Assembly (NCBI GenBank): GCA_001780985.1
Contig: MFJV01000001.1
Location: forward strand, 835,497-899,496
Reading direction: 5' to 3'
Source: Candidatus Gottesmanbacteria bacterium RIFCSPLOWO2_01_FULL_43_11b
Lineage (GTDB): Bacteria > Patescibacteriota > Microgenomatia > UBA10105 > UBA927
Length of the DNA: 64,000 nt
The notes beneath the pieces are model-generated. The model was given only the letters and a program-made list of their open reading frames with translations. It was not told the origin of the DNA and did not search any database. Made by a program: the position numbers and the translations under genes. Below are positions 55,885 to 64,000 of this stretch, in pieces; the stretch's first letter is position 1; each line of letters begins with the position of its first letter.

Positions 55885-58138
55885 GTCACGCCATATCAAT
55901 ATGATGAAAAAAAGAACGTCTCCGATTTCGTATCTTGTTATAATTATTATGATAATTGCTCTTGTTGTTCGATTCGTGGGAATCAAACCCGGTTTTCCTC
56001 CACTCCACGCAGACGAACCTACAAGCTACAGTACTGCGATCTATATGAATTTGCACAACTTTGAACCTGACTACTTTTTTTATGGTGCCGGAATGCCCTT
56101 GATTCACGCGATATTATATAGAACGATCATAATTCCCATACGATTGATAGACTTATTTATCAGGCAACCTCAAAGTTTGGTCTCTTTCATTTCGACAAGT
56201 ACTGATTTTTTCGTGCGGTACGGGGTAGCAATTTTTGGCCGTCGGGAAGTCTACGCAATGTTTTGGTCCCGTGCGATTGCCGCTCTTTTCGGGAGTGCTA
56301 CCGTACTTCTTGTGTATTTCACAGGCAAGCGATTATTTAATAAATCAGTCGGATTATTTACAGCATTTTTTTTAGCGGTTAATTATCGGCATGTACTCGG
56401 AAGCCACTTTGGTCTTCCCGATATACACAATAGCTTTTTTGCGGTTCTTTCCCTTTATGCAGCCTCACTCATTTTAGAGAAACGGACCATATTGCGGTAC
56501 GTATTTGCCGGTGTTAGCGCCGGATTGAGTTTTTCCATCAAATATCAGCCATTCGCATTCTTTCCTTTACTTGTTGCCCATACATATTGGACAGTAAAAC
56601 AACGTCAGCTATTTACCTTTATCGGCGCACATGCGTGGATTGCAGTTATCAGTTTCATCGTAACGTTTCTTGTCATTAACCCGTATTTTCTGTTTAATGT
56701 GTCGAAAGTAATATCTCAAAACGCTCCGTCTTATCAAACTTATCAAATCGGTGAACTCATGCTCCGTCCGTATGGTTATTTCTATCTTTTTCATTGGGGC
56801 ATTGGGGAGCTTCCGTCCGTTATTGTCGTGTTAGGAGCGCTCTTGATGCTCTGGAAAAAAAGACTGAATTTTTTACTGATAGGCTCCTATGCTTTCATTT
56901 TTTTACTGTTTATGACGTACGTGAGCGGTGGGGGTATATACACAAGAAATTATATTCCGCCGATACCATTCCTTATGCTCTTTGCCGGTTATGGATTGTG
57001 GAGTTTGGTTTCCGTACTTCCCAAGCATGGTTTCGGACAACATATTGCTATTTGGGTTCTGCTGATACTGATAAATTTTTATCCGATAAAAAACGTCATT
57101 GTTTTGGACATGAACTACCTTAAGCCTTGGGGCCCGACTGTTTTAGAGGACTGGATAGATAAAAAACTTCCCGAGGAAATTCGTCTTCGTGCACACCAAT
57201 TATTTCTTAATGACAAAGGAACAAACGCATTGAAACGCAAAAACGTGACGTTTCTTAATTGGGATTGGCGGGACAGTAAAGGTGCCAATTCACTTACCGA
57301 ATTTGTTGAAGAAGGCACGGATTTTGTTATCATCCGCCTTTCTTTGCTCCAACTCCAGACATACGGGTGGAGACAATTTCCTAAAAAAGAGTGGTTTTTT
57401 AAGTACAACAGCGTACCATATGATTATATTCTGAATAGTTATTACGGGTTAACTCTTCGCGAATTGCTCCCATATACGGTTTCTGAACTATACAAGCCAT
57501 GGCAGGCTCCCGAGCATGGTTTTCTCGTATTTAAAATCCCGCGTAAAGTAAATACACGTGGTCGTTCTGTTGACCGTCAAACTTTTCTTACCGATGATGC
57601 ATTGTGGCGAAGTGTTAATCCATTTGATTTAGGCAGCTATGAGTTTTCCTGGTTTGGTGAAGGGTTTAGGACACCGGGGTCAATACGCATTGAGGGAGAG
57701 TCGGGAGACAGTACGGCCCGATTATCTTCCGAACCAATAATCATAGAACCAGGACAACACTATACGGTGACAGGATGGTTGCGCAACACTGAAACAAAGG
57801 CTAATCCGGATCAAGAAAAAGAGCCGGATGGATTTTTACGTATAGACTTTTATGCAGATGGTAACACAAATGTACCGATAAGCTTGGGAGTCGGATTATC
57901 AGCAAGAGTGCTCCCTGATAACATATGGCATCAGGTGCAGGTGAGCACTGTAGCACCCGCGGGAGCGCGAGTTATGACGATCAGCTTTCAGAAGAAAGAT
58001 CCTATACTTCCTTATACAACATTCGTTGATGATATAGAGGTTTATGAATCCCAACCTCCTCCCGAACAATGGTTGCAGATCCCGTATATAAAATCGACGA
58101 TACAATGGAAAGATGTTTTTTATCCCGGATTTCTCTAA
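55871..58138 (+). CDS. GT-C (PMT_2-like) glycosyltransferase fused to C-terminal CBM-like beta-sandwich domain, 755 aa; paralog of 23600..25822
   Basis: LHADEPTSYSTAIYM motif and about 12 TM helices. C-terminal GQHYTVTGWLRNTE..FLRIDFYADGN..MTISFQKKDP..FVDDIEVYES parallels the other copy. Confidence 0.75.
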   Translation: MQKSKSRHINMMKKRTSPISYLVIIIMIIALVVRFVGIKPGFPPLHADEPTSYSTAIYMNLHNFEPDYFFYGAGMPLIHAILYRTIIIPIRLIDLFIRQPQSLVSFISTSTDFFVRYGVAIFGRREVYAMFWSRAIAALFGSATVLLVYFTGKRLFNKSVGLFTAFFLAVNYRHVLGSHFGLPDIHNSFFAVLSLYAASLILEKRTILRYVFAGVSAGLSFSIKYQPFAFFPLLVAHTYWTVKQRQLFTFIGAHAWIAVISFIVTFLVINPYFLFNVSKVISQNAPSYQTYQIGELMLRPYGYFYLFHWGIGELPSVIVVLGALLMLWKKRLNFLLIGSYAFIFLLFMTYVSGGGIYTRNYIPPIPFLMLFAGYGLWSLVSVLPKHGFGQHIAIWVLLILINFYPIKNVIVLDMNYLKPWGPTVLEDWIDKKLPEEIRLRAHQLFLNDKGTNALKRKNVTFLNWDWRDSKGANSLTEFVEEGTDFVIIRLSLLQLQTYGWRQFPKKEWFFKYNSVPYDYILNSYYGLTLRELLPYTVSELYKPWQAPEHGFLVFKIPRKVNTRGRSVDRQTFLTDDALWRSVNPFDLGSYEFSWFGEGFRTPGSIRIEGESGDSTARLSSEPIIIEPGQHYTVTGWLRNTETKANPDQEKEPDGFLRIDFYADGNTNVPISLGVGLSARVLPDNIWHQVQVSTVAPAGARVMTISFQKKDPILPYTTFVDDIEVYESQPPPEQWLQIPYIKSTIQWKDVFYPGFL

Positions 58139-58148
58139 TCAATAAAAT

Positions 58149-59312
58149 CTACTCGAATAGGCGAACGTAGATCTTTTTATAATCGTATCTATCCGCAAGA
58201 TTCTTCGCATTTATTTGGTACGAGTTGTAGCGGGAGAGAATTGTACCAATAGCACGGACAAATTCTTGTTTCCTGGTGTAGTTAAATACTATGCCGGCAC
58301 GGGAGCGACGGATTTCGCCGGCAAGACTTATGGGTGTGACGATGACCGGAATTCCCAGACTTAAGTAATCTTTAATTTTTGAGTTATCCGTATAGTAAGA
58401 CACATTGCTTTCTTCCGGTACGTAGGGCGCGATGCCTATATGCCATTGTTTCTGAATGTTTTTTACTTTTTGATAATCCGGAATATATCCGTAGAATTTG
58501 ACCGGAACCTGCGATTTTCCGGCTTTTTCCCGGAAGTATTGTTCATCAGGGCCGGAACCAATTATTTCACATGTAAGATTTGGGAAGAGCTCGTGTATCC
58601 TTTGAGCATTATCAAAGAAAATATCCAAACCCTGTGTTTTTTTGAGAACACCCAAAAAGCCAATAATTGGCGCAGTAAGATCGCGTTTTGATTTACGTAG
58701 CGGGTTGACGCTCGTTCCTATGGGTACTACCAAGGTGTCATGTTTGGGAAGCGCGTTGATTTTCATTCTCAGTTCCTGAAGTTTTAGGTGAAGAAACGCA
58801 ACAGTATCGGATTCTTGGGATGCTTTCTTGTCAAATTGCCAATAGTTCCACCGAACGAGACTGACAATTTTATTGGGATGCGAGGGAGGATAGTAATCCC
58901 AGACCCAAAAGATCGTTTTTTTTACAAAACGGTATTTTTTTAAAAGATTGCCCACCCAGGCGGTAAAAGCGTTGACTGTGAAATATATATCGTATGGTCC
59001 GTACTGATTTTTGAGTCGGATAACGTAATACCAAATTTGCAAAAGATTTAGAAACGACCGGATAGGAATAAGAAGGAAAACTGTCGATGGCGTTGTTCGA
59101 ATGGGCAAATCTAAGAGTGCGTATGTTTTTATTAATTTCCCGTTCTTATATATTGATAGTGTTCCAGGTTTATGTACTGCTCCCAAGTGGTGGAAGTTAA
59201 ATGAGAAAAGCAGAATGGTTTTAAACTTTGTCCGCAGATAATCAAGAATTCTCCCCGCATTTTCATAGGGGGAAAAATTAACGTAGATGATGGTTTTATA
59301 TTGTCTAATCAC
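58149..59312 (-). CDS. GT-B fold (GT4-like) glycosyltransferase, divergent
   Basis: C-terminal half IIGFLGVL..GLD..IIGSGPDEQYF..WHIGIAPYVPEESNVSYYTDNSKIKDYLSLGIPVIVTP resembles a degenerate Glycos_transf_1 domain. Confidence 0.5.
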   Translation of the reverse strand: MIRQYKTIIYVNFSPYENAGRILDYLRTKFKTILLFSFNFHHLGAVHKPGTLSIYKNGKLIKTYALLDLPIRTTPSTVFLLIPIRSFLNLLQIWYYVIRLKNQYGPYDIYFTVNAFTAWVGNLLKKYRFVKKTIFWVWDYYPPSHPNKIVSLVRWNYWQFDKKASQESDTVAFLHLKLQELRMKINALPKHDTLVVPIGTSVNPLRKSKRDLTAPIIGFLGVLKKTQGLDIFFDNAQRIHELFPNLTCEIIGSGPDEQYFREKAGKSQVPVKFYGYIPDYQKVKNIQKQWHIGIAPYVPEESNVSYYTDNSKIKDYLSLGIPVIVTPISLAGEIRRSRAGIVFNYTRKQEFVRAIGTILSRYNSYQINAKNLADRYDYKKIYVRLFE

Positions 59313-59316
59313 ACAA

Positions 59317-60306
59317 TTATTCTTTACGTAAAAGTTGAAAACGCAACCATTCGTAGATTATGAGCAACGCCATGACAAAACTTACCGGTATATGTAATAC
59401 CATAACAGAATCATGTTTTTTATGAACGAGAGAGATAGCTGAAATTGTCGGGCCAATAATACTTAAAGCGTAAGGGATAAAAAGTATTTTCCTCATACGC
59501 CTGGTTCTATTCATGAACCGTTCCCGATTGGCAAAACCCATCCCTTTGATAACAACAAAAAGATTATTTCGAATTCTCATGCGGTATTTTTGGATAAAAC
59601 TTTTCCACCCGCCGACATGATAGTGATAAAGAGGTGCATTCGGTACATAGGCAATTATGCCGCCTTCCATAATTAGTTTGATTCCCGAAAGAATGTCATC
59701 ACTCCAACCCATCGATTCACGCTTGAAAGTAGCGACTGTTCCCACCCCTTGGGATAAACCGAACAAAGGGTGATTTTGCGCAGTAAACTTATAGAGAAGA
59801 TAGTCTTTGGTGATTTTGAGTGGTTGATACAGACGCCTGTAATCTTTGGGGTTAGCGGCATTTTGGTAGATAAACCAAGTGAAGGGATCAGTAAAGAGAT
59901 GGCCGAGATATCTATTGAGTGGATGAGAGCCAGGCGGCGGCTCTGTTTGCGGCAGTAGCCCTTTTACTGTCTTGAGATTTTCAAGATATGGTTTGACCAT
60001 AGATGAAAGCCAATTTTGAGATCCCAGGACGTTATCAGCATCGGTAAAAAAGAGAAGTTCTCCTTTGGCAACCCCCGAGGCTCTTGCTTTTCCCGGTTCA
60101 TGCCACGTTTCCGGATTAGGAATTACCCTAGCTCCAAAAGATTCGGCTACTTTTTGAGTTTTATCCGTTGAACCACCGTCAGCTACAACAATTTCTATCT
60201 TGTTTTGCGGATAGCGTTGACTGCGAATTGCCGAAAGACAGCGCGGCAAAATATCGGCAGCATTGAGCGTCGGGATGATAAATGTTACCCGTGGTTTCTT
60301 ATTCAT
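59317..60306 (-). CDS. GT2 glycosyltransferase with C-terminal TM helices (polyprenol-phosphate sugar synthase-like)
   Basis: VTFIIPTLNAADIL..IVVADGGSTDKT..FFTDADN. Two C-terminal hydrophobic helices. Confidence 0.8.
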   Translation of the reverse strand: MNKKPRVTFIIPTLNAADILPRCLSAIRSQRYPQNKIEIVVADGGSTDKTQKVAESFGARVIPNPETWHEPGKARASGVAKGELLFFTDADNVLGSQNWLSSMVKPYLENLKTVKGLLPQTEPPPGSHPLNRYLGHLFTDPFTWFIYQNAANPKDYRRLYQPLKITKDYLLYKFTAQNHPLFGLSQGVGTVATFKRESMGWSDDILSGIKLIMEGGIIAYVPNAPLYHYHVGGWKSFIQKYRMRIRNNLFVVIKGMGFANRERFMNRTRRMRKILFIPYALSIIGPTISAISLVHKKHDSVMVLHIPVSFVMALLIIYEWLRFQLLRKE

Positions 60307-60346
60307 GGACTGCTTTGTAGAGCCATTGTATAATGCGCATTATATT

Positions 60347-61528
60347 ATGATTCCGCTTATTAAATCTACGTTTCATCAAGAGAAAAGCACAAAAGAAAAA
60401 ATTAGTCAGTTTATTCGGAAAAACTCTCACCTTAGTATGGCGGACGAATGTGCTAAATTTGAAAAAAACTTTTCTAAATACCAGGAAAGAAAGCATTGTG
60501 TAATGGTCAACAGCGGTAGTTCAGCCAATCTGGCTATCATCCAAGCTCTCCTTAACCTGGGAAAAATTAAAAAAGGAGACATGGTAGGATTTTCAGCGCT
60601 GACCTGGTCAACGAACGTCATGCCGCTCATTCAGCTCGGGTTGACGCCAATTCCTATTGATATTGAACTATCGACTCTGAACGTTTCTTCACGAACATTA
60701 CTTGCTGCAATAAAAAAATATCCTCTGCGTATGCTTTTTTTGACCAATCTTCTGGGGTTTTGTGATGACATAGACGTTATTCAACGTGTCTGTCAAAAAA
60801 GAAACATACTCCTTATTGAAGATAACTGCGAATCACTGGGTACGATTTACAAGAAGAAAAAATTGGGAAATTATGGATACGCGAGCACGTTTTCATTTTA
60901 TGTGGGACACCACATGTCAACTATCGAAGGCGGGGCCATCTGTACTGACAACGAGAGTTTGGCGACTATGTTACGGATTGTGCGGGCTCATGGTTGGGAT
61001 CGAAATCTTTCTTTTGTAAAACAAAAAGAAATTAGAAACAAATTCAAAGTTAATTCAACTTTTTATTCCCGCTATACGTTCTATGAACTGGGGTATAACT
61101 TTAGACCTACGGAAATAAGCGGATTTATCGGTAATGTCCAATTGAGATATATAGAGAAAATTATTAGTCGGCGGCAGGCAAATTTTTTACGTATGGCAAT
61201 ACCAATTTATCAAAAAACTGACCGGTATTATCCGATTCGATTTGAGCACATCGAACGGTTGTCTAACTTCGCCGTCCCGGTAGTGTGCCGTTCTGCAGCG
61301 ATTCGGGACGAGTTGGTTAGGCGTTGCGAGAGGGTGGTAGAAATTCGGCCAATCGTCGGAGGGGATATAACAAATCAACCGTTCTACAAGAAATACATGG
61401 GACAGTATGCTCAGACTTTTAGACATTCAAACGCCCGAATGGTTCATGAACGAGGTCTTTATTTTGGTAACAACCCGCAGCTAACTAAAAAAGATATGGA
61501 TACGATAGTTAAAATTTTCACAAGGTGA
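60347..61528 (+). CDS. ColD/E1 (RfbH/DdhC)-like PLP/PMP-dependent NDP-4-keto-6-deoxyhexose 3-dehydratase (DegT fold, His in place of Schiff-base Lys)
   Basis: DegT-family layout. Active-site block TFSFYVGHHMSTIEGGAICT has His-His where the three other DegT genes in this window have a Lys (ANK / ATK / PGK). Start MIPLIK at 60347. Confidence 0.7.
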   Translation: MIPLIKSTFHQEKSTKEKISQFIRKNSHLSMADECAKFEKNFSKYQERKHCVMVNSGSSANLAIIQALLNLGKIKKGDMVGFSALTWSTNVMPLIQLGLTPIPIDIELSTLNVSSRTLLAAIKKYPLRMLFLTNLLGFCDDIDVIQRVCQKRNILLIEDNCESLGTIYKKKKLGNYGYASTFSFYVGHHMSTIEGGAICTDNESLATMLRIVRAHGWDRNLSFVKQKEIRNKFKVNSTFYSRYTFYELGYNFRPTEISGFIGNVQLRYIEKIISRRQANFLRMAIPIYQKTDRYYPIRFEHIERLSNFAVPVVCRSAAIRDELVRRCERVVEIRPIVGGDITNQPFYKKYMGQYAQTFRHSNARMVHERGLYFGNNPQLTKKDMDTIVKIFTR

Positions 61529-61532
61529 CGCT

Positions 61533-62513
61533 ATGCGAAATTTTTGGAAACGACAAAAGGTGCTGGTTACCGGCGGCGGGGGGTTTATCGGAAGCCATCT
61601 TGTAGAGAAACTGGTGGAAAAAGGTGCACGGGTGACGGTCGTTGATGTGAACAGGAAACAGACGGAAGAAAATCTGTCCGGAGTGACGAGTAAAGTACGA
61701 TTGATAGCAGGGGATTGTCGGAAGAAACAGGTCATAGAAACAGCTTGTTCCGGGCAAGATATTGTCATGAATTTGGCAGCCAGAGTTTCCGGGATTGAGT
61801 TTAACCGACAGCATCAAGCAACGATGTTTCGGGATAACCTTCAGATTGCCACCGCAGTTATTGAAGCGGCCAGGATAAACCATGTCAAACGATTTTTAGT
61901 AGTATCGTCTGCGTGCGTATATTCACTACAGTGCTCAATTCCCACACCAGAAAGTGAAGGATTTATGGGAGAACCCGAAACAACAAATGAAGGGTATGGA
62001 TGGTCAAAACGCATGGCAGAAAAACTTGGAATGTATTACGCGCAGGAATTCGATATGAAGGTGGCTATTGTTCGCCCCTACAACAGTTATGGACCGCGTG
62101 ATCATTTTGACCCGAAGATCTCGCATGTCATCCCGGCACTTATCAAACGAATATTTGATGGTGAGAATCCAATTGTGGTCTGGGGGAGCGGAAGGCAAAC
62201 CCGGGCGTTTCTCTATGTTGATGATCTTGTCCGGGGTCTGATGCTAGCGGTCGAGCGTTATCCACAAGCCGATCCGGTGAATTTGGGTACAAATGAGGAA
62301 GTTACCATTGCCGAGCTTGTCAACAAAATAAAACTACTCATTGATCCTAAACGAAAAGTAAGATTTGACACCACAAAACCCGATGGGAGTCCCAGGCGTA
62401 ATTGCGATAACTCAAAAGCCATACAGCATTTGCATTTTAAATCCCGTATACCACTCTCCGTAGGGCTAAGACACACCATTTTTTGGTACCGAAAATACGT
62501 ATCACCCAAATAA
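61533..62513 (+). CDS. NAD(P)-dependent sugar nucleotide epimerase/reductase (extended SDR)
   Basis: VLVTGGGGFIGSHL and YGWSKRMAEK (YxxxK). 326 aa. Directly downstream of the 3-dehydratase-like gene. Confidence 0.75.
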   Translation: MRNFWKRQKVLVTGGGGFIGSHLVEKLVEKGARVTVVDVNRKQTEENLSGVTSKVRLIAGDCRKKQVIETACSGQDIVMNLAARVSGIEFNRQHQATMFRDNLQIATAVIEAARINHVKRFLVVSSACVYSLQCSIPTPESEGFMGEPETTNEGYGWSKRMAEKLGMYYAQEFDMKVAIVRPYNSYGPRDHFDPKISHVIPALIKRIFDGENPIVVWGSGRQTRAFLYVDDLVRGLMLAVERYPQADPVNLGTNEEVTIAELVNKIKLLIDPKRKVRFDTTKPDGSPRRNCDNSKAIQHLHFKSRIPLSVGLRHTIFWYRKYVSPK

Positions 62514-62538
62514 AACGGTCACCTTCCTCTGCTATAAT

Positions 62539-63270
62539 TTGTCTATGAAAAAAATAGTTGAATGGATACTTACTGCGAAGGTGTTAACTTTTCCCAGAAG
62601 ATATTTAGTAAGAATTATCGCACGTGCCATGTCGGTTAGCAGAATAGGAGCGTTATATGTTCTTAACCTCCAGGATCCGGAAACTGCTAAAGCAGTTAAT
62701 TTAATAGCACACATCAAAAGAGAAACAACGATGCTTTTGAGTGACTTTTGTGCCTACCAACTCTATACGACAGTGAAAAAAACGAGAAAAGTTAAAGGCG
62801 ATATTGCTGAAGTTGGTGTCTATAAAGGAGGGTCAGCAAAGCTGATTTGTGAAGCTTCGCCCCACAAGAAGATTTACTTATTCGACACGTTTAAGGGATT
62901 ACCCGAATTATCAATAAACGATAAATCTTCTCATTTTAAAAAAGGTGACTATGCTACCTCGTTTGAAATTGTTAAAACTTATTTGAAAAAGTATAGGAAC
63001 GTTATTTTTTGTAAAGGGTTTTTTCCTGCTACGGCCGACTTTGTGAAGAAAAACAAATTCTCTTTTGTACATATTGATGTGGACCTTTATGAAGCAACAT
63101 TTAATTGTTTGAAATTTTTTTATCCCAGGATGAATAAGGGAGGGGTAATTCTGGGTCATGATTATCCCGGAGCACCGGGGGTCAAAAAGGCGTTCGATGA
63201 TTTTTTTAGGGATAAACCGCAAACAATCTTTGAGATACCCGGAACGGGACAATGTTTAATCTCGAAATGA
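62539..63270 (+). CDS. TylF/MycF-family sugar O-methyltransferase
   Basis: GDIAEVGVYKGGSA..LFDTFKGLPE..HIDVDLYEAT..GGVILGHDY matches the macrocin O-methyltransferase family pattern. Confidence 0.8.
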   Translation: MSMKKIVEWILTAKVLTFPRRYLVRIIARAMSVSRIGALYVLNLQDPETAKAVNLIAHIKRETTMLLSDFCAYQLYTTVKKTRKVKGDIAEVGVYKGGSAKLICEASPHKKIYLFDTFKGLPELSINDKSSHFKKGDYATSFEIVKTYLKKYRNVIFCKGFFPATADFVKKNKFSFVHIDVDLYEATFNCLKFFYPRMNKGGVILGHDYPGAPGVKKAFDDFFRDKPQTIFEIPGTGQCLISK

Positions 63271-64000
63271 AACTTAAATACTTTGCGATTATTGTTCTTT
63301 TGTTTTCCTTTTTCGGATTAACACTGACAAGCAGCGTATCAGAATCCCCGGTTACGGACGAACCCGGCCACATTAGCACCGGATTGCTCTACTTAAAATA
63401 TGGTGATCTCACATTCAACTCCGGCTCTCCGCTTCTTGCAAACATTCTTTCCGCTCTTCCGCTTTATACAATGTCGTCTCTCACAATACCCATGGACGTT
63501 CAATATTTTCAAAATGGCTATTTACACTCCTTTGCTAAAGATTTTTTCATGATGAATAAAGCTAGGGTAGATCAAATACTACTTTTGTCACGATTGCCCA
63601 TAATGCTTGCCGGCATGCTTCTTGGACTCGTCATTTTCATCTGGACCAAAAATTGGTACGGATTTTTCCCGGCATTACTTGCGCTTGGTTTGTATGTTGG
63701 AGAACCTAGTTTTCTTGCTCATGCACATTACGCAACAACGGATGTTCTCTTTGCCTTGATGTTTACCACAACAATCTTCTTTTTAGAGCGATACCTTTCT
63801 CAAAAACGCAATTATTATTTGTTTTTATTTGCCGCTTTATTTGCTTTAAGCCAGCTTGTAAAGATCACTGCGATTTTTCTTTACCCTCTTTGTTTTCTTA
63901 TCTTTGCCATGTACTCAAGGAAAGCCGACGTTCTTGAAAAAATTTTCGAGGCAACACGGAGGGTTTTTGTGCTGGCCGTCTTTTCTCTGTTAGCCATCAA
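63267..64000 (+). CDS. GT-C (PMT_2/ArnT-like) glycosyltransferase, 3' end outside window
   Basis: Not in the supplied ORF track because no stop occurs before the window end. My own translation from the ATG at 63267 (ATGA overlap) gives MKLKYFAIIVLLFSF..TDEPGHISTGLLYL..GEPSFLAHAHYATTDVLF with no stop through nt 64000. Confidence 0.7.
   Translation, partial: MKLKYFAIIVLLFSFFGLTLTSSVSESPVTDEPGHISTGLLYLKYGDLTFNSGSPLLANILSALPLYTMSSLTIPMDVQYFQNGYLHSFAKDFFMMNKARVDQILLLSRLPIMLAGMLLGLVIFIWTKNWYGFFPALLALGLYVGEPSFLAHAHYATTDVLFALMFTTTIFFLERYLSQKRNYYLFLFAALFALSQLVKITAIFLYPLCFLIFAMYSRKADVLEKIFEATRRVFVLAVFSLLAI

Noticed and set aside
1-64000. Scanned for CRISPR arrays, tRNA or rRNA genes, and IS, transposase or integrase signatures, as would be expected for a horizontally acquired accessory island
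   Set aside because: No direct-repeat arrays, no cloverleaf-like GC-rich 75-nt islands in this AT-rich background, and no DDE or tyrosine-recombinase-like ORFs. The locus appears to be a stable chromosomal region.

Overview
This window is a single, very compact glycosylation super-locus of about 60 CDS. It is low-GC (AT-rich by eye, roughly 40% GC). Intergenic gaps are mostly under 40 bp, at least 13 start/stop junctions are 4-nt ATGA overlaps, and several convergent 3' ends overlap. I saw no rRNA, tRNA, CRISPR array, IS element or integrase.

Gene content: about 18 large polytopic GT-C-fold membrane proteins (ArnT/PMT_2-like, PIG-V-like, PTPS-related/YfhO-like and unassigned), including tandem paralog sets that carry C-terminal discoidin-like or CBM-like lectin domains. 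There are 9 GT2 enzymes, three of which look like TM-anchored GtrB/DPM1-like polyprenol-phosphate sugar synthases, and about 6 GT4-like glycosyltransferases. There are 10 SAM-dependent methyltransferases, including a TylC3-like sugar C-methyltransferase, a TylF-like O-methyltransferase and one GT2-methyltransferase fusion. Four DegT-family PLP enzymes are present; one has the His-for-Lys substitution of ColD/E1 sugar 3-dehydratases. The remaining sugar-pathway genes are two UXS-type UDP-glucuronate decarboxylase-like SDRs, a nucleotide-sugar dehydrogenase, a Gfo/Idh/MocA oxidoreductase, an RmlD-like reductase, two small cupins (one WxcM/FdtA-like, one generic), a PglD-like acetyltransferase and a Wzx-like flippase. 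Two paralogous small secreted DUF5667-like proteins are embedded in the locus.

A minus-strand island holds a Tmk-like P-loop kinase, a nucleotidyltransferase-fold protein and a GT4-like protein. The window contains no initiating phosphoglycosyltransferase, no sugar-1-P nucleotidylyltransferase and no 4,6-dehydratase. Compactness, PMT_2 expansion and DUF5667 proteins suggest a Candidate Phyla Radiation bacterium (Microgenomates/Parcubacteria-like); a DPANN archaeon cannot be fully excluded from sequence alone.
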